Made by a program: the position numbers and the translations under genes. A stretch of DNA of 64,000 nt from Dehalococcoidia bacterium UBA2247 (GTDB taxonomy: Bacteria > Chloroflexota > Dehalococcoidia > UBA2247): the NCBI GenBank assembly GCA_002347295.1, contig DDXZ01000005.1, forward strand, positions 27,537 to 91,536, read 5' to 3'. Each line of letters begins with the position of its first letter. Position 1 is the first letter of the stretch. Below, piece after piece: positions 49,615-61,201 of this stretch. A model generated the notes under the pieces. That model was given only the letters and a program-made list of their open reading frames with translations. It did not search any database and had not been told where the DNA came from.

Positions 49615-51861
49615 ATGGTAACTCGTAATATTGTTTGGTTCGACGAAGTTGGTCGTAATGATATTGCTCTTGTCGGTGGCAAAGGAGCGAATCTGGGGGA
49701 AATGACAAGAGCTAAAATACCTGTTCCGCCCGGTTTTATTGTTACCTCTGATGCCTATTCCAGCTTTATTAAAAATGCCGGTATTGAGCATGAAATTTAC
49801 CAGCTTCTTCAAGGTCTGGATGTAGATAATGATGAAAATTTACAAAATGTAGCTAAACAAGCTAAGAAGATAATTAATTCTGCCAGGATACCAGAGCATA
49901 TTAAAAAAGATATACTGGAAGCTTATCATAAATTAGGAAAAGATATTATAGTAGCAGCTCGTTCATCTGCTACCGCGGAGGACTTACCCGAAGCTTCCTT
50001 TGCTGGGCAGCAGCGGACGTATCTAAATGTATCGGGGGAAGATAAACTTCTCCAGGCGGTACAGGGTTGTTGGGCTTCACTTTTTGAGTCGAGAGCAATT
50101 TTCTATCGAACGAAACAAAACTTTGACCACTCAAAAGTTAAGTTAGCAGTACCGGTGCAAAAAATGGTGCAATCCGAAGTAGCTGGAGTTATGTTTACTG
50201 TTGAACCTATCTCCAGTGATACTACAAAAATTGAAATTGAGGCAGCTTATGGATTGGGTGAAAGCGTCGTATCAGGTGATGTTACTCCTGATTCATATAT
50301 TGTGGATAAAGAATCACTGAATATTTTAAATAAAACGATAGCCAGGCAGACATGGGCTCTAGTAAGAAATACTGGTGCCGTTTTGTTAAAAGATGCAAAT
50401 ATTAAGATAGATGTTCATAGTGATAAAGTCGGTCTACAAAAACTTTCTGATGAAAATATTGTGGCACTGGCCCGAATTGCAAAACAACTGGAAAAGCATT
50501 ATCAGTTCCCGCAGGATATTGAATGGGCTTTAGAATCAGGTAAACTGTATATTCTACAGACACGCCCGATTACCACAATTAAGAAGAATGCTCCTGTTGC
50601 TCAGAATCTAACCGGTAAGATTATTCTATCCGGTCTGGGTGCCAGCCCTGGTGTTGCTTCAGGTCCGGTAAATGTGATTCATTCCGCATCTGCGATTAAT
50701 GAGATAAAGGAGGGTGATATCCTGGTTACTGAAACCACTACACCTGATTTCGTCCCTGCTATGAAGCGTGCTGTTGCAATTATTACCAATCATGGTGGTA
50801 GAACATGTCATGCTGCGATTGTCAGTCGTGAGCTGGGTATTCCCTGCATTGTCGGCACTAACGATGCTACGGATGTTCTTAAAAAGGGACAGGTTGTTAC
50901 TATTGATGGGTCTACCGGTGTAATATATGAGGGAAAATTAATTATAAAAAAGGAGTCAGAAATTACATCTGAAAATATAAGAACTAAAACCAGGGTATAT
51001 GTTAATCTTTCTGCTCCTGACCTGGTAGATCGTGTGGCTAAGCGTAATGTAGATGGAGTTGGTCTGCTGCGTGCAGAATTTATTGTGGCGAATATCATTC
51101 GAGAACATCCTCGTTATATGTTAGCCCAGGGTAGAGGAAATGAATTTACGGATAAGCTTGCTGGTGGGTTAATTAGTTTTGTAAAAGCTTTTAATCCGCG
51201 TCCTGTTGTTTATCGGACCACTGATTTTAAAACTAATGAATATCGTAATCTAAAAGGTGGTGAAGAGTACGAGTTTCCTGAAGAGAATCCGATGCTGGGT
51301 TATCGTGGTTGCTCTCGCTATATTGGAGATACTGAAGTATTCAAATTAGAGATAGCTGCTATAAGAAAAGTAAGACAGCAATATAATAACCTTTATGTCA
51401 TGATACCATTTATCCGTACTGTGTCAGAGTTATCTACAGTAAAGAAAATACTGGAAGCAGAGGGTCTGGTCCGCTCTAAAGATTTTAAATTATGGATGAT
51501 GGTTGAAATACCGTCGAACGTTATTCTTATCGATAAATTTCTTGACGTTGGAATTGATGGCGTCTCCATTGGTTCGAATGATTTGACTCAGCTTACTCTT
51601 GGCCTGGATCGTGATAATGCTAAACTGGCGGAGTTATTTGATGAGAGAAATGAAGCAGTTGTTGCATCGTTAGAACGTATTATTAAAGCAACTAAAGAGA
51701 GAGGTGTTACCTGCTCTATATGCGGTCAGGCCCCCTCTGACTATCCTGAGCTGGTGGAAAAACTCGTTGAGTTAGGTATTACCTCTGTTTCCGTAAGCCC
51801 TGATATGATTGACAAAACTCGCCAGAATATTGCTGAAGCAGAGAGTAAATTATCTCGTTAG
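49615..51861 (+). CDS. ppsA: Phosphoenolpyruvate synthase (pyruvate, water dikinase)
   Basis: N-terminal ATP-grasp (LVGGKGANLGEM), phospho-His domain (GGRTCHAAIVSRE), C-terminal PEP-utilising TIM barrel; 748 aa. Confidence 0.85.
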   Translation: MVTRNIVWFDEVGRNDIALVGGKGANLGEMTRAKIPVPPGFIVTSDAYSSFIKNAGIEHEIYQLLQGLDVDNDENLQNVAKQAKKIINSARIPEHIKKDILEAYHKLGKDIIVAARSSATAEDLPEASFAGQQRTYLNVSGEDKLLQAVQGCWASLFESRAIFYRTKQNFDHSKVKLAVPVQKMVQSEVAGVMFTVEPISSDTTKIEIEAAYGLGESVVSGDVTPDSYIVDKESLNILNKTIARQTWALVRNTGAVLLKDANIKIDVHSDKVGLQKLSDENIVALARIAKQLEKHYQFPQDIEWALESGKLYILQTRPITTIKKNAPVAQNLTGKIILSGLGASPGVASGPVNVIHSASAINEIKEGDILVTETTTPDFVPAMKRAVAIITNHGGRTCHAAIVSRELGIPCIVGTNDATDVLKKGQVVTIDGSTGVIYEGKLIIKKESEITSENIRTKTRVYVNLSAPDLVDRVAKRNVDGVGLLRAEFIVANIIREHPRYMLAQGRGNEFTDKLAGGLISFVKAFNPRPVVYRTTDFKTNEYRNLKGGEEYEFPEENPMLGYRGCSRYIGDTEVFKLEIAAIRKVRQQYNNLYVMIPFIRTVSELSTVKKILEAEGLVRSKDFKLWMMVEIPSNVILIDKFLDVGIDGVSIGSNDLTQLTLGLDRDNAKLAELFDERNEAVVASLERIIKATKERGVTCSICGQAPSDYPELVEKLVELGITSVSVSPDMIDKTRQNIAEAESKLSR

Positions 51862-51903
51862 TAGTAAAAGCTTTAAGATTATCAACTGATTAAGAGTACA
51901 TTA

Positions 51904-52950
51904 ATGTACAATGTCAAGAACCTCGGCATCCGGCAACGTATTGAGGAAAGAGAAGAAATGCTTTCGTCTCATGCTGTTAAGAGCCGTAATTCTCGGGGGC
52001 GCTTGCGTTCTGAAACATACTGCCCTGTACGTACAGTTTTTCAGCAGGATAGAGACAGGATAATACATTCAAAGTCTTTTCGCCGTCTTAAACATAAGAC
52101 ACAGGTTTTTGTTGCTCCGTCTGGAGATCATTATGTAACTCGTCTTACACATACTCTGGAAGTATCTCAGATTGGCCGTACGATATCTCGAGCCCTTAAT
52201 TTAAATGAAGATTTAACGGAAGCAATTGCTCTAGGGCATGATTTAGGCCATACACCATTTGGACATACTGGAGAAGCAGTACTGAATGATTTAAATCCCG
52301 ATGGTTTCAGACATAATGAACAAAGCTTAAGAGTAGTTGATTTTTTAGAGAATGATGGAAGAGGCCTTAATCTTACTTTTGAAGTAAGAGAGGGTATATT
52401 AAAACATTCTAAAAGTGGCACTGTATTACTTGGTGAGGACTGGGTTAATGATGGTAACCTTGAAGGTCAGGTTGTTAAAATTGCAGATATTATTGCTTTT
52501 GTTAATCATGACCTGGATGATGCGATGAGAGCAGGGCTATTATCTGTAAAAGAACTACCATCATCTATTCTATCTTTACTGGGGAATACGCGCTCAGAGA
52601 GAATAAACTCCATGATTATTGATGTTATTGAATGTTCATGGGGAGTGTCTGGAATGTGTAGTGAAGACAAAATAGCTATTACTATGAGTGATAAAATTAG
52701 AGAAGCAACGGAAATGCTGCGGGAATTTCTTTTTGACCGGGTTTATCGTGCTTCTTCTATTATGGAGGAGAATAATAAAGCGGGACAAGTAATAAATTAT
52801 ATGTATGGTTATCTTATGAAACACCATAGTCTTTTACCGGAAGAATATTCTCTCCGACAAGAACCGATAGAACGTCAGGTATCAGATTATATCGCCGGGA
52901 TGACTGACCAGTATGCTTTACAGCTATCCAGACAAATCTGTTTTCCATGA
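51904..52950 (+). CDS. dGTPase-like HD-domain phosphohydrolase
   Basis: HD motif (HSLEV...GHDLGH); canonical position upstream of dnaG-rpoD. Confidence 0.8.
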   Translation: MYNVKNLGIRQRIEEREEMLSSHAVKSRNSRGRLRSETYCPVRTVFQQDRDRIIHSKSFRRLKHKTQVFVAPSGDHYVTRLTHTLEVSQIGRTISRALNLNEDLTEAIALGHDLGHTPFGHTGEAVLNDLNPDGFRHNEQSLRVVDFLENDGRGLNLTFEVREGILKHSKSGTVLLGEDWVNDGNLEGQVVKIADIIAFVNHDLDDAMRAGLLSVKELPSSILSLLGNTRSERINSMIIDVIECSWGVSGMCSEDKIAITMSDKIREATEMLREFLFDRVYRASSIMEENNKAGQVINYMYGYLMKHHSLLPEEYSLRQEPIERQVSDYIAGMTDQYALQLSRQICFP

Positions 52951-52986
52951 ATTGTCTGGATAGCAGGATGGTTTTTAAAATAAATA

Positions 52987-54813
52987 ATGAGTGAAATTGA
53001 TCAAATAAGAGAAAGAATTGATATTGTAGAACTTATCTCTGAGTATGTCCCCGACTTAAAAAAAGCAGGACGTAATTACAGAGCGCTCTGTCCATTTCAT
53101 AGCGAAAAAACGCCTTCTTTTTTCGTTTTTCCTGACCGACAAACCTGGCATTGTTTTGGTAGCTGTGCTACCGGTGGTGATATCTTTGCGTTTGTTATGA
53201 AAAAAGAAAATGTGGATTTTGGTGATGCTCTACGTATTCTTGCGCATAGAGCCGGATTCACATTATCTATGGGAAAAAAAATTGATGCTACTGATAAAGT
53301 ACATCAGGAGCTCTATGATATCAATAAAAAGGCGGCAGATTATTATCATCAATTCTTACTTACATCTCCTGCTGCAGAGCCGGTAAGGAATTATCTGACG
53401 AAACGGGGTGTATCTGCTGATAGTATTGAGAATTTTTATCTTGGTTATAGTCCTGATAGCTGGGATACAATAAAAAATATACTTGTCTCACAAGGCATGA
53501 TAAAACAGGGTTTAACAACGGGGTTACTGATAGAGAAAGATGGTGGGGGGGGATATTACGACCGTTTCCGGGGACATCTTATGTTTCCTATTCGCAATAC
53601 ACGAGGGCATATTGTTGGTTTCGGAGCGCGGGTACTGGATAATTCATTACCTAAGTATATTAATTCTCCGCAGAGTCCTGTATTCGATAAAAGTAGTGAG
53701 CTATATGGTATAGATCTGGCTCATACTACTATCAGTAAATTAAAACAGGTGGTTATTGTCGAAGGATATATGGATGTCATTATTGCTCATCAGTATGGAT
53801 TTGGTAATGTTGTTGCTTCGATGGGTACGGCTCTTAATGATAGACAAATTTCTACCTTGAGAAAACTAACGAAGAATTTTGTTCTTGCTATGGATTCTGA
53901 TGAAGCAGGGAAAAATGCGGCACGTAAGGGTCTGGAATCTGCCTGGCTTACCATGGAAAACGTGGTGAATATGATTAATGCCCCGGGAGGAAAACGGACT
54001 GTTGGTGGTCATTATTATGATGAGGAACTTAAAATAGCACCTATGCCGTTGGGTAAGGATCCTGATGAGGTAATAAAAGAAGACAAGAATTCCTGGCAAA
54101 CAATAATAGATAAAGCACAAAATTGGCCGGATTACCTTATTGATATTATTGTTCCTGAAATTGATCCTAATGATGCCAGAAGTAAATCCGGTGCGGTTAA
54201 TAAAGTTCTGCCTTTTTTATCTGCTATACCTGACCCTATCGAAAGAGCACACTATTTACAGAAGTTAGCTCGCCTGGTAGGTGTGAATGAAGAGACTTTA
54301 ATATCAGCCACGAACAAACTCAAGAATGAATTTACGAGTAGAATTGGTAAAACTCACACAGGTAACAGTATGAGACAGTCAGTAATAGGTAATCCCTGTG
54401 AGAATTATTGTCTCTCCCTATTATTATGTTATCCTCGATTGAGGGATAAAAGTGAGCAAATACTTCCTGACTATTTTAGTCATACAGTAAATCGTGAACT
54501 CTTTTTATATTTAAAGAAGAGTTCTAATTCTGAGATATCATTAGATGATATTGAGCCTGCTTTAAAAGAACAGTTGGATTATCTAACAAAAAGTGACATG
54601 CCTCCTATGTCTGATAAGGAAGTTAATTTAGCTTTTGTTGACTGTGTGCGTCATTTACGTGAGCAACATTTACGTGATTTAAAACTAAAAGAGGCGTTGC
54701 TCTTCTCTGATCCGGAGATAATACAAAATTCATCCGATATGGAGGTAATAGAACAAAAAGGTTTGACACATAATACTCAACTGAGAGATATATTTAATCA
54801 GCATCGCGAATGA
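52987..54813 (+). CDS. dnaG: DNA primase
   Basis: N-terminal CHC2 zinc finger (CPFHSEKTPSF), TOPRIM core (EGYMDV), 608 aa. Confidence 0.9.
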   Translation: MSEIDQIRERIDIVELISEYVPDLKKAGRNYRALCPFHSEKTPSFFVFPDRQTWHCFGSCATGGDIFAFVMKKENVDFGDALRILAHRAGFTLSMGKKIDATDKVHQELYDINKKAADYYHQFLLTSPAAEPVRNYLTKRGVSADSIENFYLGYSPDSWDTIKNILVSQGMIKQGLTTGLLIEKDGGGGYYDRFRGHLMFPIRNTRGHIVGFGARVLDNSLPKYINSPQSPVFDKSSELYGIDLAHTTISKLKQVVIVEGYMDVIIAHQYGFGNVVASMGTALNDRQISTLRKLTKNFVLAMDSDEAGKNAARKGLESAWLTMENVVNMINAPGGKRTVGGHYYDEELKIAPMPLGKDPDEVIKEDKNSWQTIIDKAQNWPDYLIDIIVPEIDPNDARSKSGAVNKVLPFLSAIPDPIERAHYLQKLARLVGVNEETLISATNKLKNEFTSRIGKTHTGNSMRQSVIGNPCENYCLSLLLCYPRLRDKSEQILPDYFSHTVNRELFLYLKKSSNSEISLDDIEPALKEQLDYLTKSDMPPMSDKEVNLAFVDCVRHLREQHLRDLKLKEALLFSDPEIIQNSSDMEVIEQKGLTHNTQLRDIFNQHRE

Positions 54814-54872
54814 AATTTAAAATGATATAATTATTATTGTTATAAATAACTGGTGAAAGTGAAAAAGAGTTA

Positions 54873-56399
54873 ATGCAAAACGAGAATGAAGAAGAAAAAG
54901 AGATAATATCAGGAGAAAAGGAAACTTTAGTTTCTTTCGGACAGGAACCGAATATTCTCATTGAAGAAGAGACGGATGTTATACCTGAGGATATCCAGAC
55001 GGATAAAGAAATCGCTGAGGAAGAATCAGCCGATTTCTGGCATGAAGTATCTGATGGGGAAAAATGGGAATCTTCGGATCAAAAGATTGCTACTTCTCTG
55101 GGATTACCTCCTATTTCAAGAATTGAAGCAGTAGAAGATCCTGTGAGAATGTACCTGCATGAAATAGGGAGAGTTCAATTACTGACAGCGGCAGATGAGA
55201 AAGATCTCGCTAAAAAAATAGAAAAATGGCGATACATATATTCTATAGTCAGTGACCTGGAGAGGCAGGGTGTATCAGCAGCTGCTTCTGAGGTAGTTGT
55301 TTGTATATTGAGACGATTTTTTGAAAAATCTAAATTGTTTGAAAATTTATGCCAACAGCTGCTCTTTCCTTCCTCGGTGACAATTAGAGAAATACTTACC
55401 GATACGAAGTTTAGAGAAGCTATTGATGGAGAATTAAATTCTCAGTTAATAACCACACTGACAGAAATAACGGGTGATACGATAACTGATATTGAGCGGG
55501 GTATTATCGATATCTCGCTTAGTACCCAATCTTTACCTGAAGAAGTTGTCGATATGATCGGAGAATGTAGCTCTTTCCCCGAGGATATTGAAAATTATAT
55601 CCAGACATTATTACCCCGTTTGAAACGCCGCGATAGACATTTTGAGACATATTTTCATAGAGTCAAAGCTGAAGCAGAAGTAGCGGAAAGTCACTTGATT
55701 CAGGCTAATCTGCGCCTCGTAGTTAGTGTAGCTAAAAAATATATGGGGAGAGGAATGTCTCTTCTCGATTTAACTCAAGAGGGTAATATTGGGCTGCTGC
55801 GTGCAGTAGAAAAATTTGATTATCGCAAAGGATATAAATTTAGTACTTATGCCACATGGTGGATTCGCCAGGCTATTACACGTTCTATTGCAGATCAAGC
55901 ACGTACAATTCGTATTCCGGTTCATATGGTGGAAACAATAAATAAATTACTGAAAATAAGTCGCTATCTGATTCAAGAATATGGTCGGGATCCAACAAGT
56001 GACGAAATCGGTCGGGAGATGGATATCCCTTCCAGTAAAGTCAGAGAAATTACCGGTGTTTCTCAGGAACCCCTTTCTCTTGAGATTCCCATTGGGGAAG
56101 AAGAGGATAGTCATTTAGGTGATTTTGTGGAAGATCACAGTACTATGAGTCCGCCTGAGATGGCATCCCGTCAGTTACTTAAAGAACAGATTGAAGATGT
56201 CCTGGAAACGCTTACCCCACGCGAACGTCGTGTTTTGCAGTTGAGATTTGGTCTGGAAGATGGCAGGAGTAGAACATTAGAGGAAGTGGGACGTGAGTTC
56301 GGGGTGACCAGAGAGCGCATAAGACAGATTGAAGCTAAAGCATTGCGCAAGTTACGTCATCCTACGCGCAGTAAAAGATTAAAAGATTACCTCGAATAA
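54873..56399 (+). CDS. rpoD: RNA polymerase primary sigma factor
   Basis: Regions 1.2-4.2 with the [12 protein letters not shown] region 2.4/3 signature; acidic N-terminus. Confidence 0.9.
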   Translation: MQNENEEEKEIISGEKETLVSFGQEPNILIEEETDVIPEDIQTDKEIAEEESADFWHEVSDGEKWESSDQKIATSLGLPPISRIEAVEDPVRMYLHEIGRVQLLTAADEKDLAKKIEKWRYIYSIVSDLERQGVSAAASEVVVCILRRFFEKSKLFENLCQQLLFPSSVTIREILTDTKFREAIDGELNSQLITTLTEITGDTITDIERGIIDISLSTQSLPEEVVDMIGECSSFPEDIENYIQTLLPRLKRRDRHFETYFHRVKAEAEVAESHLIQANLRLVVSVAKKYMGRGMSLLDLTQEGNIGLLRAVEKFDYRKGYKFSTYATWWIRQAITRSIADQARTIRIPVHMVETINKLLKISRYLIQEYGRDPTSDEIGREMDIPSSKVREITGVSQEPLSLEIPIGEEEDSHLGDFVEDHSTMSPPEMASRQLLKEQIEDVLETLTPRERRVLQLRFGLEDGRSRTLEEVGREFGVTRERIRQIEAKALRKLRHPTRSKRLKDYLE

Positions 56400-56412
56400 A
56401 AAGGAGGACTTC

Positions 56413-57015
56413 ATGCTTAAAACATTGGCAATAGTAATTGGTATAGTTGTCGCTGTTATACTGGTAACAGCCGGTGTAGGTTATTACCTGATAACAAGAC
56501 CTTCTGAGGTAGAACAACAAGCGGCTTCTATGGATATCAGTGACGAGACGTCGCAACGTGCCGAAGATAAGATTAATGCATTTACGGAGCAGCTATCAAC
56601 TGTACCTGCAGGGGAAACGGTAGAGTTAACTCTTACAGATGATGAGGTCACCTCTGCTTTATTGAAAGAGATGGAATCAAATGATATGGAGTTACCGCTG
56701 GATTTGCAGAATCCCCGTATTCTGTTTGTAGAGGATAAGATATTGCTTTCCGGAGATGTTTCAGTTTCTGGTTTTGAGACTAATGTTACTATCGAAGCAC
56801 GAGCAGAAACGCAAGATGGTCAATTAAAATTAACTATAGATGAAATAGACCTTGGTAAATTACCGCTTCCCGATGCAGTAATTGATCAATTAATGGGAAA
56901 TTTCAGTGAGGGAGAGGAAATATTAATTGATCTTAACGAACTGGATATTCCCCTTGACCTCCAGAACATAATTATTGAAAATGACCAGGTAGTAATAGCA
57001 GGATCAGCACAGTAA
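56413..57015 (+). CDS. Hypothetical N-terminally membrane-anchored protein (200 aa)
   Basis: ORF with an AAGGAGG RBS; single N-terminal TM. Confidence 0.5.
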   Translation: MLKTLAIVIGIVVAVILVTAGVGYYLITRPSEVEQQAASMDISDETSQRAEDKINAFTEQLSTVPAGETVELTLTDDEVTSALLKEMESNDMELPLDLQNPRILFVEDKILLSGDVSVSGFETNVTIEARAETQDGQLKLTIDEIDLGKLPLPDAVIDQLMGNFSEGEEILIDLNELDIPLDLQNIIIENDQVVIAGSAQ

Positions 57016-57022
57016 TTTTGTG

Positions 57023-58348
57023 CTAGCGGAAAAAGGACATTGGCGATATTTTTTTTCCTGATTGCATCTGCTTGAACATTTTTTGCGTCATGCGGAACTG
57101 ATTCAATAACTGATTGACGTCCTGTGGTGTTCTCCCGCTACCACGTGCTATCCGGCGGCGCCTGCTGCCATCAATTATCTGGGGATTATGACGTTCTTCC
57201 GGTGTCATTGATAATATTATTGCCTCTATTCTTTTTACCTGGGAATCATCTACTCCCTCTGGAACCTTGGCGGATATTTTGGATAATCCGGGAATCATAT
57301 CCATAATTTGATTAAGCGGCCCCATTTTTTTCATCTGTTGCAGCTGTTCCATAAAATCTTCCAGGTCAAATGTGGCTGTTTCCATCTTCTTTTGTAACTT
57401 AGCAGCTTTGTCTTTATCGAATGAGGCTTCTGCCTTTTCAATAAAAGTTAACATGTCTCCCATACCTAATATACGTGATGCCATACGCTCCGGGTGGAAA
57501 GGTTCAAGAGCATCCGATTTTTCTCCGATTCCGACAAATTTAACAGGAACACCGGTTACTGATTTAATGGAGAGAGCGGCTCCACCACGTGCATCTCCGT
57601 CTAATTTAGTTAAAATCAAACCGGTTAAATCTACTTTTTTATTGAATTCATCCGCCACGTTAACCGCAGTCTGACCGGTCATAGCATCTACTACCAGTAA
57701 GGTCTCAGTTGGTTGAAGTTGCTCCTTAATATCTATCAGCTCCTTCATCATTTCTTCGTCTATTTGAAGGCGTCCGGCGGTATCTACAATTACCCAGGTG
57801 GCAGCTATTTCCCTGGCGTACTCTAAGCCATGTTTTGTAATGGACACGGGAGAAGCAGGTAATTTTTCCTGGTAAACCGGAATGTTTATTTGTTTACCCA
57901 GGGTTACTAATTGCTCAATAGCAGCAGGACGGTGCGTGTCAGCAGCGATCAATAAGCAACGGTGACCGGAGTTTTTGAGATGCACTGCTAATTTTGCTGA
58001 TGTGGTAGTTTTTCCCGAACCTTGCAGTCCTACCAGCATTATTGTTGTGGGAGATTGGTTCGCATGATTTAATTTCTGTTGTTCGGCACCAAGAATAGAG
58101 GTAAGTTCTCCATTAACAATTTTAACTATTTGTTGCATGGGACTGAGACTTTGCATTACCTCTGTGGTGATGGCTTGTTCTCGTACATGTGCGATAAAAT
58201 CTTTAACGACCTTAAGATTTACGTCGGCTTCGAGTAATGCCAGTCTTACTTCACGCAATGCCTCATCAATATCTTTTTCGGTAAGCCTACCTTTGTTGCC
58301 AAACTTTTTAAAGATATTTCCTAATCTCTGTGATAACAGGTCAAGCAT
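57023..58348 (-). CDS. ffh: Signal recognition particle protein Ffh
   Basis: NG domain GTPase motifs (GLQGSGKTT, DTAGR, TKLD) plus Met-rich M domain. Confidence 0.9.
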   Translation of the reverse strand: MLDLLSQRLGNIFKKFGNKGRLTEKDIDEALREVRLALLEADVNLKVVKDFIAHVREQAITTEVMQSLSPMQQIVKIVNGELTSILGAEQQKLNHANQSPTTIMLVGLQGSGKTTTSAKLAVHLKNSGHRCLLIAADTHRPAAIEQLVTLGKQINIPVYQEKLPASPVSITKHGLEYAREIAATWVIVDTAGRLQIDEEMMKELIDIKEQLQPTETLLVVDAMTGQTAVNVADEFNKKVDLTGLILTKLDGDARGGAALSIKSVTGVPVKFVGIGEKSDALEPFHPERMASRILGMGDMLTFIEKAEASFDKDKAAKLQKKMETATFDLEDFMEQLQQMKKMGPLNQIMDMIPGLSKISAKVPEGVDDSQVKRIEAIILSMTPEERHNPQIIDGSRRRRIARGSGRTPQDVNQLLNQFRMTQKMFKQMQSGKKISPMSFFR

Positions 58349-58657
58349 GTATCTTCCTGAAACTTTCTATTTAAATATTCGATGGTGTATCATTTTGTCA
58401 TTCTCAGGCTTGACCTGGGAATCCAGTGTGAATGTGATAACACCGCTTTGGAGATAATGCTTCTTGTTGTCAGCTTATCTCTCTTGCTGCCTATTTTCTT
58501 AAAACCATCCACTATTTCTTTGCCCCTGAATTCCCGCTCGGAGGCGGGAACGACAATGGAAGACGTTTCAAAATAATACACTACCAAATATTCAAATATT
58601 TCTTACTATAATTGTAGAAAGAGATAACAAATTTAAATTTTAAGAGATAAAAAGAGT

Positions 58658-58891
58658 CTATTCATGAACTTTTTTTACATAGACTTTTATTTCTCCCTTA
58701 GATTCCTCTACTCCCAGACATTCATGACCGGTAGCTTTGCACCAGGCCGGCATGTCCGCTTTTATTCCTTTGTCATCAGCCACTATCTCCAGGATTTCTC
58801 CGGTTTTCAACTGCTTAATTTTTTCGGCTGTCTTTACAATAGGCATAGGGCAATAGAGGCCGACACAATCTATACTCTCATCAGCCTTCAT
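58658..58891 (-). CDS. tusA: TusA/SirA-family sulfurtransferase
   Basis: CPxP motif (LYCPMP), 77 aa two-layer sandwich family. Confidence 0.8.
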   Translation of the reverse strand: MKADESIDCVGLYCPMPIVKTAEKIKQLKTGEILEIVADDKGIKADMPAWCKATGHECLGVEESKGEIKVYVKKVHE

Positions 58892-58917
58892 GATAATACT
58901 CCTGAATCATCCTTGTT

Positions 58918-59400
58918 TTATATGAATAATGTAACCTGAGATTCTTTTGCTTCATTTAAAAAATATGCTGCCCCTGCCATTTCACTGACTTCACTGCGAA
59001 AAGCATCTTCCGGCAGACCCATTAATGCGCATGTTGTTGTACATGGGGTTAGTTTAACTCCCATTTGATGAGACATGACAATCATTTCATCCAGGGATGG
59101 CATATTTATTTCTTTCATTAATTTTTTCATCATCCATGTGCCAACACCCAGCATATTAAATTTTGATAGTTTAATATGATCAGTGCCCCCCCTGTTAATA
59201 AGGTTGAATAATTTTCTTTTTATACCCCTGCTCTTTATTTTAGTGTTATTCTTTTTAATGATATTCAGGCCCCAGAAAGTAAAAAACATTTCTACTTCCA
59301 TGTCCATGGTAGCACCTGTAGTAGCAAGCATAAAAGCAGCCAGCGCTTTATCCAGATTATCACTGAAGACCACTATTGTGAGCTTCTCTTTAGCGGACAC
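58918..59400 (-). CDS. DsrE/DsrF-like (YchN-like) sulfur-relay family protein
   Basis: 160 aa; N-terminal LTIVVFSDNLDKALAAFMLA pattern typical of DsrE/F-like proteins. Confidence 0.6.
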   Translation of the reverse strand: MSAKEKLTIVVFSDNLDKALAAFMLATTGATMDMEVEMFFTFWGLNIIKKNNTKIKSRGIKRKLFNLINRGGTDHIKLSKFNMLGVGTWMMKKLMKEINMPSLDEMIVMSHQMGVKLTPCTTTCALMGLPEDAFRSEVSEMAGAAYFLNEAKESQVTLFI

Positions 59401-59419
59401 TTCTGCTTCTCCTTATATT

Positions 59420-59608
59420 TTACTTTTTAATTTTAGTGCCGCATTTTGGGCATACATCTGTATCGCGAGACACCGGTTGATGACACTGAGGACAATAAAA
59501 TATTGTCAGCTTGCATGGTTCGCAATACGGGAAGGAAGATTCGGCGATTTCCTTGTCGCAATAAGGGCAGGGCATCTCTTCTTTATTTATCTTATTCTTT
59601 TCAGCCAT
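59420..59608 (-). CDS. Small double zinc-ribbon protein (62 aa)
   Basis: CPYC...CEPC...CPQC...CPKC. Confidence 0.55.
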   Translation of the reverse strand: MAEKNKINKEEMPCPYCDKEIAESSFPYCEPCKLTIFYCPQCHQPVSRDTDVCPKCGTKIKK

Positions 59609-59609
59609 A

Positions 59610-60011
59610 TTACTTTTCCCCCTTGTCTTTAGTTAGTCCCTTCTTTTTTGATAAATAATCCTCGATAGCTTTATGTAATGCCTGTGCCCCCAGATTGGAG
59701 CAGTGAAATTTGTTTTTTGGTAATCCTTCCAATTCTTGTGCTACTGACTGGGGAGTAATTTTCATCGCTTCATCCAGTGTCTTTCCCTTGGCCATTTCAC
59801 TGACCATACTGGAAACGGCGATGGCTGCTCCACAACCAAAAGTTCTGAATTTTACATCTTCCAAACGGTCGTCCTTAACTTTAATATAGAAGGTCATCAT
59901 ATCTCCACAGATGGGATTACCTTCTTCCCCGACTCCATCCGGATTCTCAATCTCCCCTACATTACGGGGATTCATGAAATGATCCATCACTTTATCATTA
60001 TATATTGGCAT
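59610..60011 (-). CDS. iscU: Fe-S cluster assembly scaffold IscU/NifU-like
   Basis: MDHFMNPRNVG...GNPICGDMM...FGCGAAIA conserved Cys. Confidence 0.9.
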   Translation of the reverse strand: MPIYNDKVMDHFMNPRNVGEIENPDGVGEEGNPICGDMMTFYIKVKDDRLEDVKFRTFGCGAAIAVSSMVSEMAKGKTLDEAMKITPQSVAQELEGLPKNKFHCSNLGAQALHKAIEDYLSKKKGLTKDKGEK

Positions 60012-60013
60012 AT

Positions 60014-61201
60014 TTATTTGCCTCCTTTGCCTTCTTTAATAAATTTAGCATAAAGTGGGGACATCTGACGTAGCCTTTCCACAATAGGCGGCAACGTATC
60101 TATCATATATTCCACATCATTAATATTATTATCTAAACCGATAGTACAAAGCAAAGAGCCTTGCGCTATCTCATGAGGTAATCCCATGGCAATAAGCACA
60201 TGCGAAGCCTTTAGTGCTCGTGATGTGCATGCCGAACCGCTGGAAACAGCGATCCCTTTGCTGTTCAGGAGCATTAGCATTGATTCTCCTTCAATAAATT
60301 CTACACAAAAACTCGCATGTCCCGGGAGACGATGCTTCGGATGTCCCGTAACGATAACATGATTTATTTTATGAGGAAGTCCTTCCATTAATTCGTCACG
60401 TAATGGTATAAGTTGCTCCATCCGTTCAGAAAGATGAATACGGGCCAGTTCCGCTGCTTTACCCAGGCCGACAATAGCCGGAACATTTTCCGTACCGGCA
60501 CGCCTTCCTCCCTCTTGTATTCCACCATCAAAGAAGGGTATGATGCGTACTCCCTTTTTAATCCATAGTGCACCGACTCCAACAGGACCGTAGAACTGAT
60601 TTCCGGCCAGGCTCAGCGCATCAACCCCCAAATCACTGACATTAACCGGTATTGTTCCTGCGGTCGCTATAGCATCTGTGTGAAAAATAATATTGTTCTT
60701 TCTGGTTATTTCCGCAATTTCTTTTATTGGTTCTATTGTTCCGATTTCACCATTGGCGTGCATTATTGATACCAGTACCGTATCTTTACGGATGCTTTTT
60801 CTTATGTCATCCGGATTAACTATCCCATATTTATCTACAGGAACTTGTGTCAGTTCAAAACCCCATTTTTCTAATGTTTTTGCCGAATAGAGTATGGAAA
60901 AATGTTCTATTGCAGAAATGATAATGTGTTTTCCTTTGTTTTGTTGTGCTAATGCTAATCCTTTGACCGCAAAATTATTACTTTCTGTTCCCCCGCTGGT
61001 AAATATTATCTCTTCATTGTCAGCACCGATAAGAGCAGCCACCTGCGCTCGAGCAGTATCTACCGCTTCCCGTGGCAAATCGCCCCATTCATGCAGAGAA
61101 GATGGGTTTCCCACAATTTCCCCCAGATATGGGAGCATGACATCTTTCACTTCAGGAAGTGTTCTGGTTATTGCTGCGTTATCAAAATATATTTTTCTCA
61201 T
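60014..61201 (-). CDS. iscS: Cysteine desulfurase IscS/NifS
   Basis: PLP-dependent class V aminotransferase, 395 aa, SSGSACTS active-site Cys region. Confidence 0.9.
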   Translation of the reverse strand: MRKIYFDNAAITRTLPEVKDVMLPYLGEIVGNPSSLHEWGDLPREAVDTARAQVAALIGADNEEIIFTSGGTESNNFAVKGLALAQQNKGKHIIISAIEHFSILYSAKTLEKWGFELTQVPVDKYGIVNPDDIRKSIRKDTVLVSIMHANGEIGTIEPIKEIAEITRKNNIIFHTDAIATAGTIPVNVSDLGVDALSLAGNQFYGPVGVGALWIKKGVRIIPFFDGGIQEGGRRAGTENVPAIVGLGKAAELARIHLSERMEQLIPLRDELMEGLPHKINHVIVTGHPKHRLPGHASFCVEFIEGESMLMLLNSKGIAVSSGSACTSRALKASHVLIAMGLPHEIAQGSLLCTIGLDNNINDVEYMIDTLPPIVERLRQMSPLYAKFIKEGKGGK